Positions 48,734 to 61,525 are shown, counted from the whole stretch's first letter. The stretch is DNA of 63,128 nucleotides, filler included, from Choristocarpus tenellus KU-1152 (GCA_964200185.2; 15 parts of 15 records of this genome joined end to end with filler, not necessarily neighbours in it); one strand, 5' to 3'. Numbers and translations: made by a program. The notes: generated by a model not told the origin, from the sequence alone.

Positions 48734-48911
48734 GACTCAAAGTATCTGTGGGAGGGGGGGATCTACACCAGGGTGTCTATTTGGACGAAAATAAGGAAAA
48801 GTGCTTTCACATTATCCATTCGACGTATGCAACCAAATCACCCCAAAATCATAACATGAAAAAATTGACCCCAAATGGACAGCAGTCACCCCTCCCCAGA
48901 TACTTTGAGCC
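48734..48911 (-). mobile_element. MITE family A, full-length; TSD TTA (or CTTA sharing the terminal C)
   Basis: CTTA-GACTCAAAGTATCTG ... CCCAGATACTTTGAGCC-TTA. Confidence 0.93.
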
Positions 48912-50629
48912 TTACCGCATGGACTTTGGTTCATCGAAACCTGTTTTTTCTGGAAAGAAACCTGCGCACTCCTTTGAAGAGTGCTGGCCTTCAACAAACA
49001 TTAGGAGAACACAATTTGCGATATATATAGCAAGCCGATGAATGCATTTTACTACGACTCTAACCTGGTGAAGAATAATGAAACCCTATATCAAAAACTA
49101 GGTTGGGTCAATTTTGTCGAATTTCAAACCTTAATATCCTTGATTAGCCTTAACCCTAGAGTACTGTGGGGGTGAGCATATGAGGAATACAAATATAGTA
49201 TATAATTGTTGGTACTAAAAGCTTAATTTCGTCATTTTATACTAGAAATCCAATGGTCACAGTTGCACATCCTTCACTCCACTTACAGAAGAAGATGTGT
49301 ACTTAGCACTGATCGGAACAATAGTAACGATGTGTACAATCGCTAAGAATAATATGTTGCGACCGGACGAACCAGAGTGGGAGTGTTCACCAATGGGTTC
49401 CTCGCGAAGAGTGGACCCTGTCGGACATTTCAATTCAAGGAATCCGTCAAGCACATCTCTAGCGCTGCCCAAAATGGAGAGGCCTTCCCTATGTTATACT
49501 TTAAACTTTTGATTAGCAAACACAACTTGCTACAACATACGACCACTTATGACTGTAAATGCCTCCATCTATCTGTACGTCACCAGTGCCGACCCTCTCA
49601 CGTACATACGTTGATGATATTCGACTCTATGGATATATAAACCAATTGATTCCTGTCTATCCATCTATGCGTGTAGGTTACCAGTATCGACTCTTGTCCT
49701 TAAGGGTAGACGTAATTACACGCTACTATATACCTGGAAGAAATACTGAAAAATGGAAAGCTCACCAGCACCAGCTCAGTGGGTCCCTCTCATGTACGTA
49801 CCATCCACAGTAAGTAATTCCTGCCCTTTCAATCCTAAGGGGTCTATAGAGCTTTTTTGACTCTTCCCCACTTCTTTGAGGTCTGAGTCCTATTATCATG
49901 GGCTTCTTTGAGGGTCTGTGGTTGAGGGGGGGTGACCTGCATTATTTAGAGTGTTCAAGGATCTTCAACGCCAGACTTCTCTTCATGAAAATCTAGTTTC
50001 GATTATCCTGTTCAATGTGACAAGCACGAGGGATCGCCCATCCTGTATTGTACAATCTGTGCTGTACCACAAAAAACACCAGAGCGTGACTTAGGTGGAG
50101 AATCTTCGGGAGGAGGTGAAGCGACGAGCAGTGGGAGTCCCGAAACCGCCACGTCAGAAGCAATGGAGGAACAGAGGCAGTACAATTAGACGTAGTGCAA
50201 TATTTAATTCAGTAGTTAGTATGAGAAGTAGTGGAGTATGTATGTAGTGCCTCTGACCACCTGTCCAGACAGAGAAATATATAAAGAAATAACTACTGAT
50301 TTTACATATCGGAAATCTCTACACAACCTACATCTTACCGTCCCTAATTTACGTTGTTACCAGTATTGACTCTTGTACTCGCACGCAGGCTCCTTCTCAA
50401 TAGGAACCCTTAATATTTGGGTCTCTTTCAAGTACCTAGGTTGTAAAACCGAGTTATTCCTGCTCTTTCTGACTCGCATGAAGTTTGAGTTGTACTACTA
50501 TAAAATTGTACATCTCTACAACCTACATCTTACCACCCTACCTCACCTCGTTACTAGTATCGCTCTCGCACTCGCACATGGGCTCGTCCATAAGCTTTCA
50601 CATACTTGTTTACATATATATCCTTACTA

Positions 50630-50812
50630 GGCTCAATTTATCTGGGGGTGGGGGGTGGTGGCTGTCCATTTGGGGATCATTTTTCCATGTTGCGAATTTT
50701 GGGTGATTTGGTTGTATGCATCGGATGGATAATGTAAGTTCACTTCTCCTGGTCATGGGCCGAATGGACACCCTGGTGTAGACCCCCTCCCCCCCCCCAG
50801 ATACTTTGAGCC
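50630..50812 (+). mobile_element. MITE family A, full-length; flanks ACTA/ACCA
   Basis: GGCTCAATTTATCTGGGGG ... CCCCCAGATACTTTGAGCC. Confidence 0.92.
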
Positions 50813-51761
50813 ACCAGTACCAGCTCTATACATGTGTCTTTTCATCTGTCATATACATAAGTGTACAACTAACTGATTCATCCATCTGCCTCTCTGTACA
50901 TGTCAATATCAGTTCTATGGAGCTGTTATTCGCCCTGTTCATGTGTAGGTCAGATTTCGACGGAGCACTTTGACTTTAACATAGTAAGTTCTCTTACGCA
51001 CGAAGACACAGCAAGTCACGACTTGCTTCCTCCTCTCCTTCCCTGCATAACACCGATCCCCAATCCCTGACGGATATATCCTCTCCCAGATGGGTCTATT
51101 TGTAAACAAGAGGTGTACCATTCGTTATGCTTGTCACGTGGAGTTGGATCCTCCAAAACAGAGTCCCACTTTCTTTTGTGAAGGGGTTCGGAATGACGAG
51201 ATTCAGGGGGGTAAACACCATATTAACAACTGAACTATGAGGGCGCCCTATTATGCAATTCATAATGTAAAACTTCCCCCTTTTTGTCAGTTGTATTTCT
51301 ATAACAACTGTGAACTCTGGTCCAAGCACCACATTTATTCATAGACTTAACACACAATACATATATAAAATAATTCCGAAAGGTAGTCCCAAGAAGGTAG
51401 TACACTCTGGTTGAGAAAAGGTAACAAGGACCAAAAAAGAAAACAATATAGTTGTGTTAGGCAGGGTCCAATCAGTCGCGGGGGGTGTTTAGAATCACCA
51501 GTGCGTCATGGTGGGGTGCTTCCCCGAGNNNNNNNNNNNNNNNNNNNNNNNNNNNNNNNNNNNNNNNNNNNNTTAATTAATTAANNNNNNNNNNNNNNNN
51601 NNNNNNNNNNNNNNNNNNNNNNNNNNNNAAAAGGCATTTTCACAGCCAGCACATTCTCGCTATTAGATGGAGTACTTAACTTCACAAGAGATCCTGGTTG
51701 CCACTACACCCTCCATGGTCAACGCATATTGCCGCGACTAAATCGAAATGCTGAAGTTGCT

Positions 51762-51989
51762 TTAAAGGCCACTATAGCCCCCTCGCTTGCACCCCACGCT
51801 CCCCACACCAACGTCGACATTAACCTCTTCCACGACGAGGCACACAATGAGGAATGACTTGGAAATGATACATGTCAATGCCTTCAGCACATTTGGCCTG
51901 CTCCTCACGATGGGAACAGCTTTCCAATTTTTGAGGAGTATTTGGGGATAATAATGTATAAGAAGGGTGACAATGGTCTTGTTGAGCAT
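51762..51989 (-). mobile_element. Degraded LINE reverse transcriptase remnant (tentative)
   Basis: LNKTIVTLL...PQILLKNWKAVPI...NVLKALTCIISK resembles the non-LTR NxxxIxLIPK...NWRPISLxNxxYKxxTKII motif. Confidence 0.5.
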
Positions 51990-53442
51990 TTTACTACTGA
52001 GTGGTTATATCCTGCCAAGACTGCCAATGGGGATAGTCATGCGTCCTGCCTGTGCTGAAGTTATTCACAGGTAAGAATATGATACTATTCACGTGAATAA
52101 TGATGCTTGACAATGGTTTGTATCACAATGGCCACGGTAAGGCCAAGAAGCCTGAGTTTATTACTATGACTTCCAATGTCAACCTCTTATGGAAGTATGG
52201 TGTGGAAACGATTACTGCTGTTGGGCGAACTGGAGTGACTTACAACTTCGATGTTTATGCTGAAGGGTGCTTTCCCTCAGAGCGTTCGAATGTGATGTGT
52301 TGTGTGTTATGAGGGGGTAGCTGCGGCACTAGGGCATACCTTAAAGTCATTCCCCTAAGAAACTATAGGGGAGGGCTGAGAGTTGGGCCGAGTCTGATGG
52401 ATTTGAATGATTTGGACTCCTTCATGTATACCGTCATCCCAACCTATCAAGTTGTTCTGGGTGTGTGGCAAACTCTACGAGCTAAAGTGAGGTTTGTGTT
52501 GTCCCAAGGTTTGGGAGCAGAGCAGGCTTGTCTGGTATGGGAACCCAAAATGGGAAGGGGGGGAGGTCGGGTGGTCACATCCAGCCTGTGTTAAATTGCA
52601 CATAAAACGATGAATGACGAATGCGTAGTGGAGGCCAAGATGTCTGCAGGGATAATTTGTAACCTGATTGCTTCCCCTGTGACTGAGTATGAGATGCCCC
52701 TACCTAGGGGGTTACGCTATAGGGATTGAGGAGGATGTAGAGGATAGTATAGACCAGGAGGATATGAGAAAATAGTAGGATGAAGACACGGCATACCCTA
52801 AGGAGCTGTAAAGAAACACTTCGTGTTAATGAAGACACTTCGATACTTCAATTATTCATTGGCTCAAGACGTAAACAATAACAGGCCTGAAAGGTAATCC
52901 CCAAACAGTGACATAGAGGGAGATATATTTATTTTTGTGGCTAACGCAAGCAATGGAGTCAAGAACTCCAAGGTGTATATGTTCCTCTCTATTTTTCACG
53001 CCTTAGAACCCAAATACTTAACTTCTCTTTTTGGTCATCATGGATGTAAATGTTGCATTTCTGACTCCATTGTACTCCATTTGTATTACACTACCCAAAC
53101 CCCCAAGAGGACCTGAACATGAACTCTCTAGTGTGAGTTTCCCCATACGAGATCCTACAATACGATACAAATATTTTCTTACTCCCTTAACAATGTAAGA
53201 AAATTGCACTAAAACATCTTACTAGAGGATATTGTGCAAAGCAATCCGATGTTCCACTGGCAGACGATGTATTTTGCCCTCAGCTTCTACCTGATACATT
53301 CTGATCCAATTTCAACAAGAGTAAAAAGTGGTTGAGGTCATACACCTACCTACTTTTGTTCCATTCATAATACTACTGCTAATTCAGAAAACCGTAAAGG
53401 AGTCCTTCCAATCAACCACTGTAACACAAGACTTGGGGCAGT

Positions 53443-53633
53443 GAGTCAAATTATCTTAGAGGGTAGAGCCGCGTCCGTTAGGGGGCCAAAATCCAATGTT
53501 GCGATTTTGATCTAATTTTGGCTCACCTACTCCGAAACATTTCAGAGTAGGAAAATGAGAAACATCCGGTGGGAAGTCGAGCCCCAAACGGGCAAACAGA
53601 GCAAAACTCGTACCCTCTACGATACTGTCACTC
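53443..53633 (-). mobile_element. MITE family B, internally deleted (191 bp); TSD AGT (or CAGT)
   Basis: CAGT-GAGTCAAATTATCTTAGAGGGTAG ... GTACCCTCTACGATACTGTCACTC-AGT. Confidence 0.9.
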
Positions 53634-54420
53634 AGTGGGAGTCGTCAACTTTAGGAGGTGGTGGATGACTGGCATCATTAGAGATAGGGTAAAAAAAGCT
53701 AACCTTGACATCTCCTCCGACAAACACAAACTCCCACTTGCGTATGTACCACCCACACTACAATAGTAGTTTCGTAACCATTTTTCATTGCACAAGCTTG
53801 TAACAGCCAATTACGCTCCATAGATCAAGGACCCTCAAAGAGGTCAGAAAAGAATAAATTGTTTATCGACAACCACAATACACTTTTTTTTGTTGTCGGA
53901 ACAACAACAAAAGTACCGCTTGCCTATGTATCTCCTCTCACAATACGAGTTGGAATCCTTTTTCTCGGCAGCAAAAAAAGAGCATCTAACAATTCACACA
54001 CAAGACACATAGAACGTTCAAACGCCTCTTGTTTGCAACGAGGGCTTCTTCTGGAGCTCTAGACAGCAAGTCGGTAGTTACAGGATAATGCAAAGTACAC
54101 TTACACTACCACAATACCACAACTGTTCACCACAGCAACTTGCATATGGCACCAAAAGCAAGGCTTAATTTGTCAAGGGCTAGCAACAACAGCAGGTCGT
54201 TGCGCAAGCCCAGCCTCTCCATCATGCTCACAGGCGGAAACTCTTACAAATCCATCACAGAATAGAAGAACTCCACACAGGGGGAGTTGGCCTCATCCTC
54301 GTAACCCATCAGTCGCATCACTGTCCACATTTCAACTACAATTTAACGGCCTCAACAGGTACTGAATACCCTTCCAACGACAATGTGGGCAAATAACGAC
54401 AAATAATTAGCCTTCATTAA

Positions 54421-54605
54421 GGCTCAAACTATCTGGGGGTGTGCAGTGGCTGTCCATTCGGGGCCCATTTTTCCATGTCGCATTTTTTGGGTGTTACAAC
54501 TGAATGCGTTGGATGGATAATGTAAGTCCACTTCTCCTGGTCGGGGCCTGAATGGACACCATGGTGTAGACCCCCCCACCCCCCCCTCCCAGATACTTCC
54601 GAGCC
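54421..54605 (+). mobile_element. MITE family A, full-length; TSD TAA
   Basis: TAA-GGCTCAAACTATCTGGGGG ... CCCAGATACTTCCGAGCC-TAA. Confidence 0.9.
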
Positions 54606-55045
54606 TAATCCTTAAACAAGGAAGGAAAGAATAGACAAGTCAGCAAAGCATGTGCTCATCCAATAATAAAGTAGAAACCCTATCACACACAGGTTCCACA
54701 AGAGAGCTCAGATACCCCCCCACACACAAACACAATGTAGTCACCCAGCAGAGCAGGGTGCAATCAGGACAGGGGTGTGTAATGAAGGCAACAGCAGTAC
54801 TTCCAATCACAAACCCCTTCCATCTCTCTATAACCGTTCAGCAACAACAGCCATTATACGAATCAATTCAACACTACTAGCACATCCTCCCCACCCCGAC
54901 CCCTCAATACTCCTTCCACCCTAGTCTCTCCAGTGACGACAAGATTCTTCAACCTTGTAGCAGTCACAATCAGTAGTTGCCCATCTCAAAACAGGACAGC
55001 GCCTAGTCAAGAAACGATTATTTCCTACATATTACAAGGTCTCCT

Positions 55046-55171
55046 CTAGGTGACCTTGCCAAGGCGATGCTCCCCCACTCGCTTCGTCATCTCAAACATG
55101 TCGATGACTTTCTTGCCTGTTACCTTCTGGAGCTTCTCATCACACATCACCTGCTTCTTGTTGTCTGGATT
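55046..55171 (-). CDS. Last exon of a SWIB/MDM2-domain protein
   Basis: TAG acceptor, then NPDNKKQVMCDEKLQKVTGKKVIDMFEMTKRVGEHRLGKVT*. Matches the C-terminal half of SWIB (NPxNKRxIxCDEKL..VFG...V.MFEMxK.L..H). Not in the ORF track; upstream exons not identified. Confidence 0.85.
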   Translation of the reverse strand, partial: NPDNKKQVMCDEKLQKVTGKKVIDMFEMTKRVGEHRLGKVT

Positions 55172-55582
55172 CTATACCGAAAACCCCCCCCCAGCAAAAA
55201 AAAAACAGACAAGCAGTGAAAAAAAAAAAGTTTGCTTGATGATGTAAGGGAAGCAAACACTCAGGAAAACAACTTTTTGATCGGCAGCGTAATAGGAATG
55301 TTGGGCAAGAAACATTTAGCAGCACATAACTTTATGAGCATATACCATATACCACCAGCTATGTACTTCACACCGACAAAACATATCATCAACCCCTCAC
55401 TTATTTGTTTGGGGGAGGCTGGGGATTCCACCATGGTGATAAGTAGCCGGATCCTATCGATTCTAACTCGAGCGATTGACTCTTCGCAGAGGCAGTCAGG
55501 ATTCTAGAAGTACAACTGATTTTTATAAAAATTAAATAAAATTACTCAGTTCAAAAGAAAAAAAAAATGTGTGTGTGTCGGT

Positions 55583-55619
<37 letters not shown>

Positions 55620-56175
55620 TTGCCTTCAGCAAACACAAGCTCTTGTTTGTTCATCATCCGTTGTTGGGTACGAATTCAGATTGTTCCGCTGGACCAGTGA
55701 ATTGTAACGGAGCGGTGAGAAATATTGAGAACCGGGCTGAGGGGCGGCAACCAGGTGTTAAGAACATTGTCCACGGCCCTGGACCAGGTCTTTCAGAAAC
55801 ACTACAAATCAGGACCAGGTCGTCAAAAAAGAAAACATTTGAAAAGTACCTTTCCTGCTGAAGTATGTAGAGAATCAATCAATCTGTCAACTGCCACTCC
55901 TGCCATGGACAAAGCTGGGCATAGGTGGTGCAAAAATTGCTCCAGACGCATGCGAGCATATAACCCGCTATCCGGACGTAACTGAAATGTCCCTGGACAG
56001 GAACCGTCAAAGAAACACTGGGAACTGAGCCGGACCGGGTCGAACCAGATCGGATAAGGAAAAATCTACTGTAGGTTTGGATCTAAAGTATCAGTGAATT
56101 TATAACTTATGAAACCGACTCAACTTAAAATGAATGCATGCATATATATATATATATATATATTCGACTGAATCA

Positions 56176-56602
56176 AAGCACCAAGCGCAAAAGAACCGGC
56201 GAAGAAATTTCTTGGCGAAGTGCCAAGCAATGCAAGGAAATATATTTCGAGGCCCTGCACTCTAAGAGCCAAACCAAGTGTTGCAAGAACCGCCGAGGAA
56301 ATTTCGTAGCAAAATGCCAATCGATGTGAGGGAATATATTTCGAGGCCCTTCTCTCTCTCAAAGAGTCAAACCGAGCACCACACGAACCGGCGAGGAAAT
56401 TTACTAGCGAAGCGCCAATCGACGCTAGGGAATTTATTTTGAGATTCTTCACTCAAAGATTAAAGCCAAGCGCCACAAGAACCGGTGAGGAAATTTCCTA
56501 GTGAGGCGCCAATCAATGCGAGAGAATATACTTCAAGATCCTTCACTCAAAGAGTAGAAAACCAAGCGCCACAAGAACAGCCGAGGAAATTTCCTAGCAG
56601 AG
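56176..56602. repeat. Degenerate tandem array, ~95-bp unit x4.5
   Basis: Units start near 56176, 56271, 56369, 56462 and 56558: AAACCAAGCGCCACAAGAACCGGCGAGGAAATTTCCTAGCGAAGCGCCAATC...GAATATATTTCGAG..CCTTCACTC.AAGAG. Confidence 0.92.
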
Positions 56603-56712
56603 TGTGAAGAGCCGCATACACACCCACAAGGAAAACGATTCCCAACCCCCCCAACCCCCCTAACCCCCAACAAAAACACGCCTGAACCAGGTTGGTCCGC
56701 TGACTACTGCAC

Positions 56713-56743
<31 letters not shown>

Positions 56744-57100
56744 CTTTCCTTTCTTTTTTTTTTTTTTTTTTTTTTTTTGCGTATCTAATCTCGTCAAAAA
56801 CATTGACACACCACTGTTCCACCCTGGCAGATAGTCACGCCCAGAACAACACCGCCATCTCAACACTTCACAAAATCACAGACTGGGATCCTTCCCAGCA
56901 TAACCTGTAGGCAATCCACCACCCCAGCATAATCATCAACACTCTCTCCAAGCAGTCTATTCAATTCTCATGGGGTTTTTTCCCCCCCTTGAGTCTGTAC
57001 NNNNNNNNNNNNNNNNNNNNNNNNNNNNNNNNNNNNNNNNNNNNTTAATTAATTAANNNNNNNNNNNNNNNNNNNNNNNNNNNNNNNNNNNNNNNNNNNN

Positions 57101-57275
57101 GTGTTTGCTAGGAAGTGTCAATTTCTATGTTTCGGACACACCTTTCATAACTTGCACATTTTACCTACTCCGAAACATTTTGGAGTCGGAAAATGTCATA
57201 AAAAACCCATGGGAAGCCAAGCCGCACAAATGGACAAACATGGAAAAAATTGTACCCTCTAAGATAGTTTCACTC
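57101..57275 (-). mobile_element. MITE family B, cut by contig start
   Basis: ...CAAATGGACAAACATGGAAAAAATTGTACCCTCTAAGATAGTTTCACTC. Confidence 0.9.
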
Positions 57276-57377
57276 TTTGTTGTTTTTGGTAAATCTACCG
57301 TTTCCGAAAAAATACACTTTCTGAATCTCATACATACTGAAAACGTTCTTCACAAAAAACCACAACGAACGATATAG

Positions 57378-57518
57378 TTTTCATTGGTTTCCCCCTGACA
57401 CATCTGCAAAATGTCAGAGGGCATAATAATATAAATACAAACTTATATTTTTCATTGGTTTCCCCCTGACACATCTGCAAAATGTCAGAGGGCATAATAA
57501 TATAAAATACAAACTTAT
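57378..57518. repeat. Near-perfect tandem duplication, ~71 bp x2
   Basis: TTTTCATTGGTTTCCCCCTGACACATCTGCAAAATGTCAGAGGGCATAATAATATAAATACAAACTTAT occurs twice. Confidence 0.93.
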
Positions 57519-57894
57519 TGGATAGAAGAGTATAAATAAAATTATAAAGAGTATAAAAAAATAGTAAAAAGTTGTAGGAAATATGTTGAAAAATATTACG
57601 TTTCCAATCAGTTGTAGTAGAACTCTGTGATCGAATTCGATGAGGACAACGAGGAGGGCAATCCCGTATGGGCAACAAATACTCCGAAGTATGATGAGAT
57701 AGATGTGGTTGGAGCAGTGAGTACATCGTTCCAAAATCGGAAGTTAATCAGTAGTTGTAGAATTCTAAATGTTATCGAATACGGTGAGGAGGATGAGGAG
57801 GTGGGTTATCCAATTGTTCCTCCCAATAACCACTGAACGACGAGACGAGGACATACCATAGTTGATGTTTGGTAGCAACGACGGTCAAAAACAA

Positions 57895-57968
57895 CGGTCC
57901 CGGTGAGGATTGAACTCACGACCTCTCGATTAACAGTCGAACGCTCTAACCAGCTGAGCTACGGGACC
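57895..57968 (-). tRNA. tRNA-Asn (anticodon GTT), intronless
   Basis: GGTCCCGTAGCTCAGCTGGTTAGAGCGTTCGACTGTTAATCGAGAGGTCGTGAGTTCAATCCTCACCGGGACCG: perfect 7-bp acceptor stem, D and T arms, GTT anticodon, discriminator G, no encoded CCA, downstream T-run (Pol III terminator). Confidence 0.96.
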
Positions 57969-59492
57969 CTTACTACTCTTATAACATAGTGACGGAATAT
58001 ATTACATATACTAAAATTATTCTCTTCTTGTTGTGAAGACAAAAAAAGTATTGATCATAGAGTATTTATTACTGTTTGACATAGTAGTAGTAAGTAGAAT
58101 CCTGATAGTCCCACTATTCACTCTTAAGACAATGGACTTTTCCGACCCCAGAGGCACTACATCACACGCAGCACTACGACTAATTAAAATCCCTCGATTC
58201 ATGCCTTTCTTCGTCTTGTGCGTTGGGATCTGCAATTCCACCTCTCGTCGCTTCATCTCCTCCCTCTAAATTTGTTCTGAATCTGTCTCGTTGTTCTGAT
58301 AGGGGGCAAATCGAACAAACAGTAACTATTCCATATCAATGCGATTTCGATTATCCTGGTTCTTCTTGCTAGATAGGGTGCATTGACAGGATCCACAATC
58401 AGGTCGGGAAAGAATTTATCAGTGGGCTTGATATTTGATGTAGGATGCGTAAAACAGGATGAACAAAAAGTTCGCCAAAGAATATGTCAGTAGACTTGGC
58501 ATTTGTTAATATACTGGAGGTGACCTCTCTTTTCTGTTGGGGGTCTGCTAAGTGCGGGACCTTTGGCCTTTATTATAGGTGCATGAAAAATGTGTTGATG
58601 AGCCCAAGTTTGTGTATCCCTGCAAATATCAACCAGTAGTGGCGCACCACTTTCTGTCAGCTCATCTTATACATAAAGGACCAGCTGGTTGCTGCCCTTC
58701 ACCCCCACTTGGAGTGCAGGTGTTTATGTCATGACAACAAACCTGGTGCCCTCCTTAGAGGGCTAATGTTCTGCCACTCTTTTATGATCACCAACAACTT
58801 TCTTTGTCCTCATCACTGTCTTCAAGTTTCCAGCATTTGCCGTTCGAGCATAACCCACGACTTTTGTACCAAGGCGTGTTCATAGACGATAAATAAAAAA
58901 GTCTGGAGTCATTCTAAGAATCACCAGTGTTGCCCATTTGTAGCAATGGCAGCCGACCTCCTTTTTTCCAGGCTACAAGATGAGGTTGCCCCGACCAGGT
59001 ATCACTCACTCGCATCTCAGTTCTAATGGCGAGAGTTTCCTGCAAGAAGTTCTCATATTTTTTTCACTTTCGCCTGTGCGGACTATATGGATCCATGATC
59101 AGAGGAACTACACACTGCACTACTTCGCATACTAGCTACACGTAGTATTACTGTAACTAACTGTTGTTGCGCTTCAACTGTTTTATTGCATACTGCCTCC
59201 AACCGTGCATTACTTCTCACGCGTTGGGTTCAGTCATCCCACCCTTCGTCGTTCTGCCTCCTCCCTTAGATCTTCTTCCAGCGGCCCCACTTTGGCGTCT
59301 CTGGTAAGGAAGCCTTGCCGCATCATTTCGAATTTCCAACATTTTCGTGGTACGACAGTGACTGATAGATTATACAGGTGTACATTGTCGAGCGCTAGGA
59401 CTTTGAGTCATCAAAACCATATCTTTATATCTCGTGGGCGGGAGGTCAAACCCATGTAGCTGAGTGGCTAAAAGCAGTGAGTCAACTAGTAC

Positions 59493-59590
59493 ATGGATAG
59501 CAATGTCCAAGCGAAAGGTCTGAAGGTGTTAACACAATCGGATAATGGATCTGAGTTTTTAAAAAAGCTGGAGGCACAGCCAACAGTGAG
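59493..59590 (+). mobile_element. Copia-type integrase remnant (tentative)
   Basis: GLKVLTQSDNGSEFLKK resembles GxKIKxLRSDNGGEF. Confidence 0.45.
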
Positions 59591-60236
59591 ATGTTTGGCA
59601 TCGTGGATCCCTTCAACATTACCGACATTCAGTACTACTACTAATACTGCTACTGCTGCCGCTGCTATGCCCCTGCTACTCTTACTATTGTACTGCCATT
59701 ACTAGGTGTCCCTTAATCACTCATTGTTGTTCTTGTTGTTCTCCTTTTTGCCACCATTCCATGCAACAACAAATGTATCAACTTCAACCTTCCACACCTC
59801 CACCCTCTCCTCTCTTGAATAGGTTTGGGGTGGTGTCTGATTTTCTGGCCCCTTTAGAGATGACGTAACCAATTCCATATGGAATGTGAGCAAGCCATTT
59901 CTAGTTCCGTTTTCAATTAAACAACAATAGCAGTATCTTTGTTGATGTTATTTTCACTGGAGTACTAATACTCGTCATTACCAATCGTTTCTTCAAACAT
60001 CGCCACTAATACTTTAACTACACAGCCCATTTGACCACATTGTTCTGTTGGTATTATATACACGTGAAACATCAAAGAAAAGTATTTGGCACTCTGCCTT
60101 GGCGCTTGGCCCTCCTTATTGTCGAGGGGTAGGAATTTCTTCCTCTATACCCCGAAAGCTTCCTTGGTCTTGACTCCAGATTTCGCAGTATTATCATCAC
60201 AAATCGACCTGACGCAACCAGTCTCCCATATGCAGT

Positions 60237-60279
60237 GACCCAAAGTATCTGGGGGGGGGGGGGGGTCTACACAGACCGG
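60237..60279 (-). mobile_element. MITE family A, terminal part, cut by contig end
   Basis: GACCCAAAGTATCTGGGGGGGGGGGGGGGTCTACAC. Confidence 0.85.
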
Positions 60280-61525
60280 NNNNNNNNNNNNNNNNNNNNN
60301 NNNNNNNNNNNNNNNNNNNNNNNTTAATTAATTAANNNNNNNNNNNNNNNNNNNNNNNNNNNNNNNNNNNNNNNNNNNNGGGGGAGGGAGTCAGGAATGA
60401 AGCAGAAAAATGGCATCAGCTCTTCACTTTTTTCCCCAAAACACCCATCCGTGGTGCTCTTCGTGGGTTACGTGACTGGTGATTCAAACCACATTTGCTT
60501 CATAAACGTTACTACAATACATGCGTACATGCCTGGAACACAATCATAAAGTCCTGAGTTACGGCTTCTTGACAGAGATGTCACTGACGCAACACACACC
60601 CCAACGCCAACCGCTGGTGCCTCTTCCTCTCATTAATCAACACCATTCCGAATGAGTCTGTGGATATGTTGGGTTGACAAGCCCTTAAGCTATCAAGAGA
60701 CGGTTACGTTTCCGTTCATTTCAAGACTCTTTTTCACATGACAAGAATGAGCCTGTGAGGTGGTGGGTGTCATCAGCAGTGGGGTTCCTCACAAAACAGG
60801 ACGGGTCAATACCCCAAGCGAAGCTATTCACTGTGAGGTCAAACAAAACGGCTGTGATGAGACCATCTCCTTCATGTCCCTCCCAAGTGTTGTGCCAACT
60901 AAGGGATTGCTGATGCATAGAGCGTCTAGCGTGTTATCTATACATGTAAATATGCCATGCTGTATTCACAAAAAAAAACCCGTACACACTCCAAAGTGTA
61001 TCTATTCTAGCTTGTTGTACTCTACTTGGTGTACCTCAATCCTTTGAATCAATCTGCTGCTTTTTACTCTTTACTGAATGCGTAGCGTTGTCTTCAAGCT
61101 CTAGCCCTAGTTGGTCCTTGTCCAACCTCAATGCAGACCCCGTCTGGGATTCACTTCAAACTCAACAGCACAGCTCAATACTAATTAAAAAAAATAATAG
61201 AGAAATGAAAAGCACTTACTACAAAGTACAAAGTACAAAGGAAGGGCCGATATCAAAAAACAAAAAATTGAAGGCAGTGTAAATCTGCCCCAATGTTTGG
61301 TCAAGAGAGTTAAGCCCAGTTTTGTTCTTTCTTGTGCCACTACAAAATGAACTAAAGAGCCAAATAAACTAGGAAAAGTTAAAGTTAAAGTTAAAGGGAA
61401 AGCTAAAGGGAAGGGGAAGGGGAAGTAACTTTCTGTTGTTGTAGAGGGCACAGTGGCAATATGACATCTCTTCCGAAAAAAACAACGGATTACTAAATTG
61501 TCTCAAAGTACACTATTAACAGAAG

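Noticed and set aside
56176-56602. Possible CRISPR-like array
   Set aside because: The whole unit is homologous between copies (no unique spacers), there are no cas genes, and the context is eukaryotic.
4869-60379. Regularly recurring TTAATTAATTAA motif flanked by Ns (possible biological repeat or chromosome-breakage signal)
   Set aside because: The constant 44N-12-44N format marks an artificial six-frame-stop linker. Adjacency between contigs has no biological meaning, so no operon or cluster inference was made across spacers.
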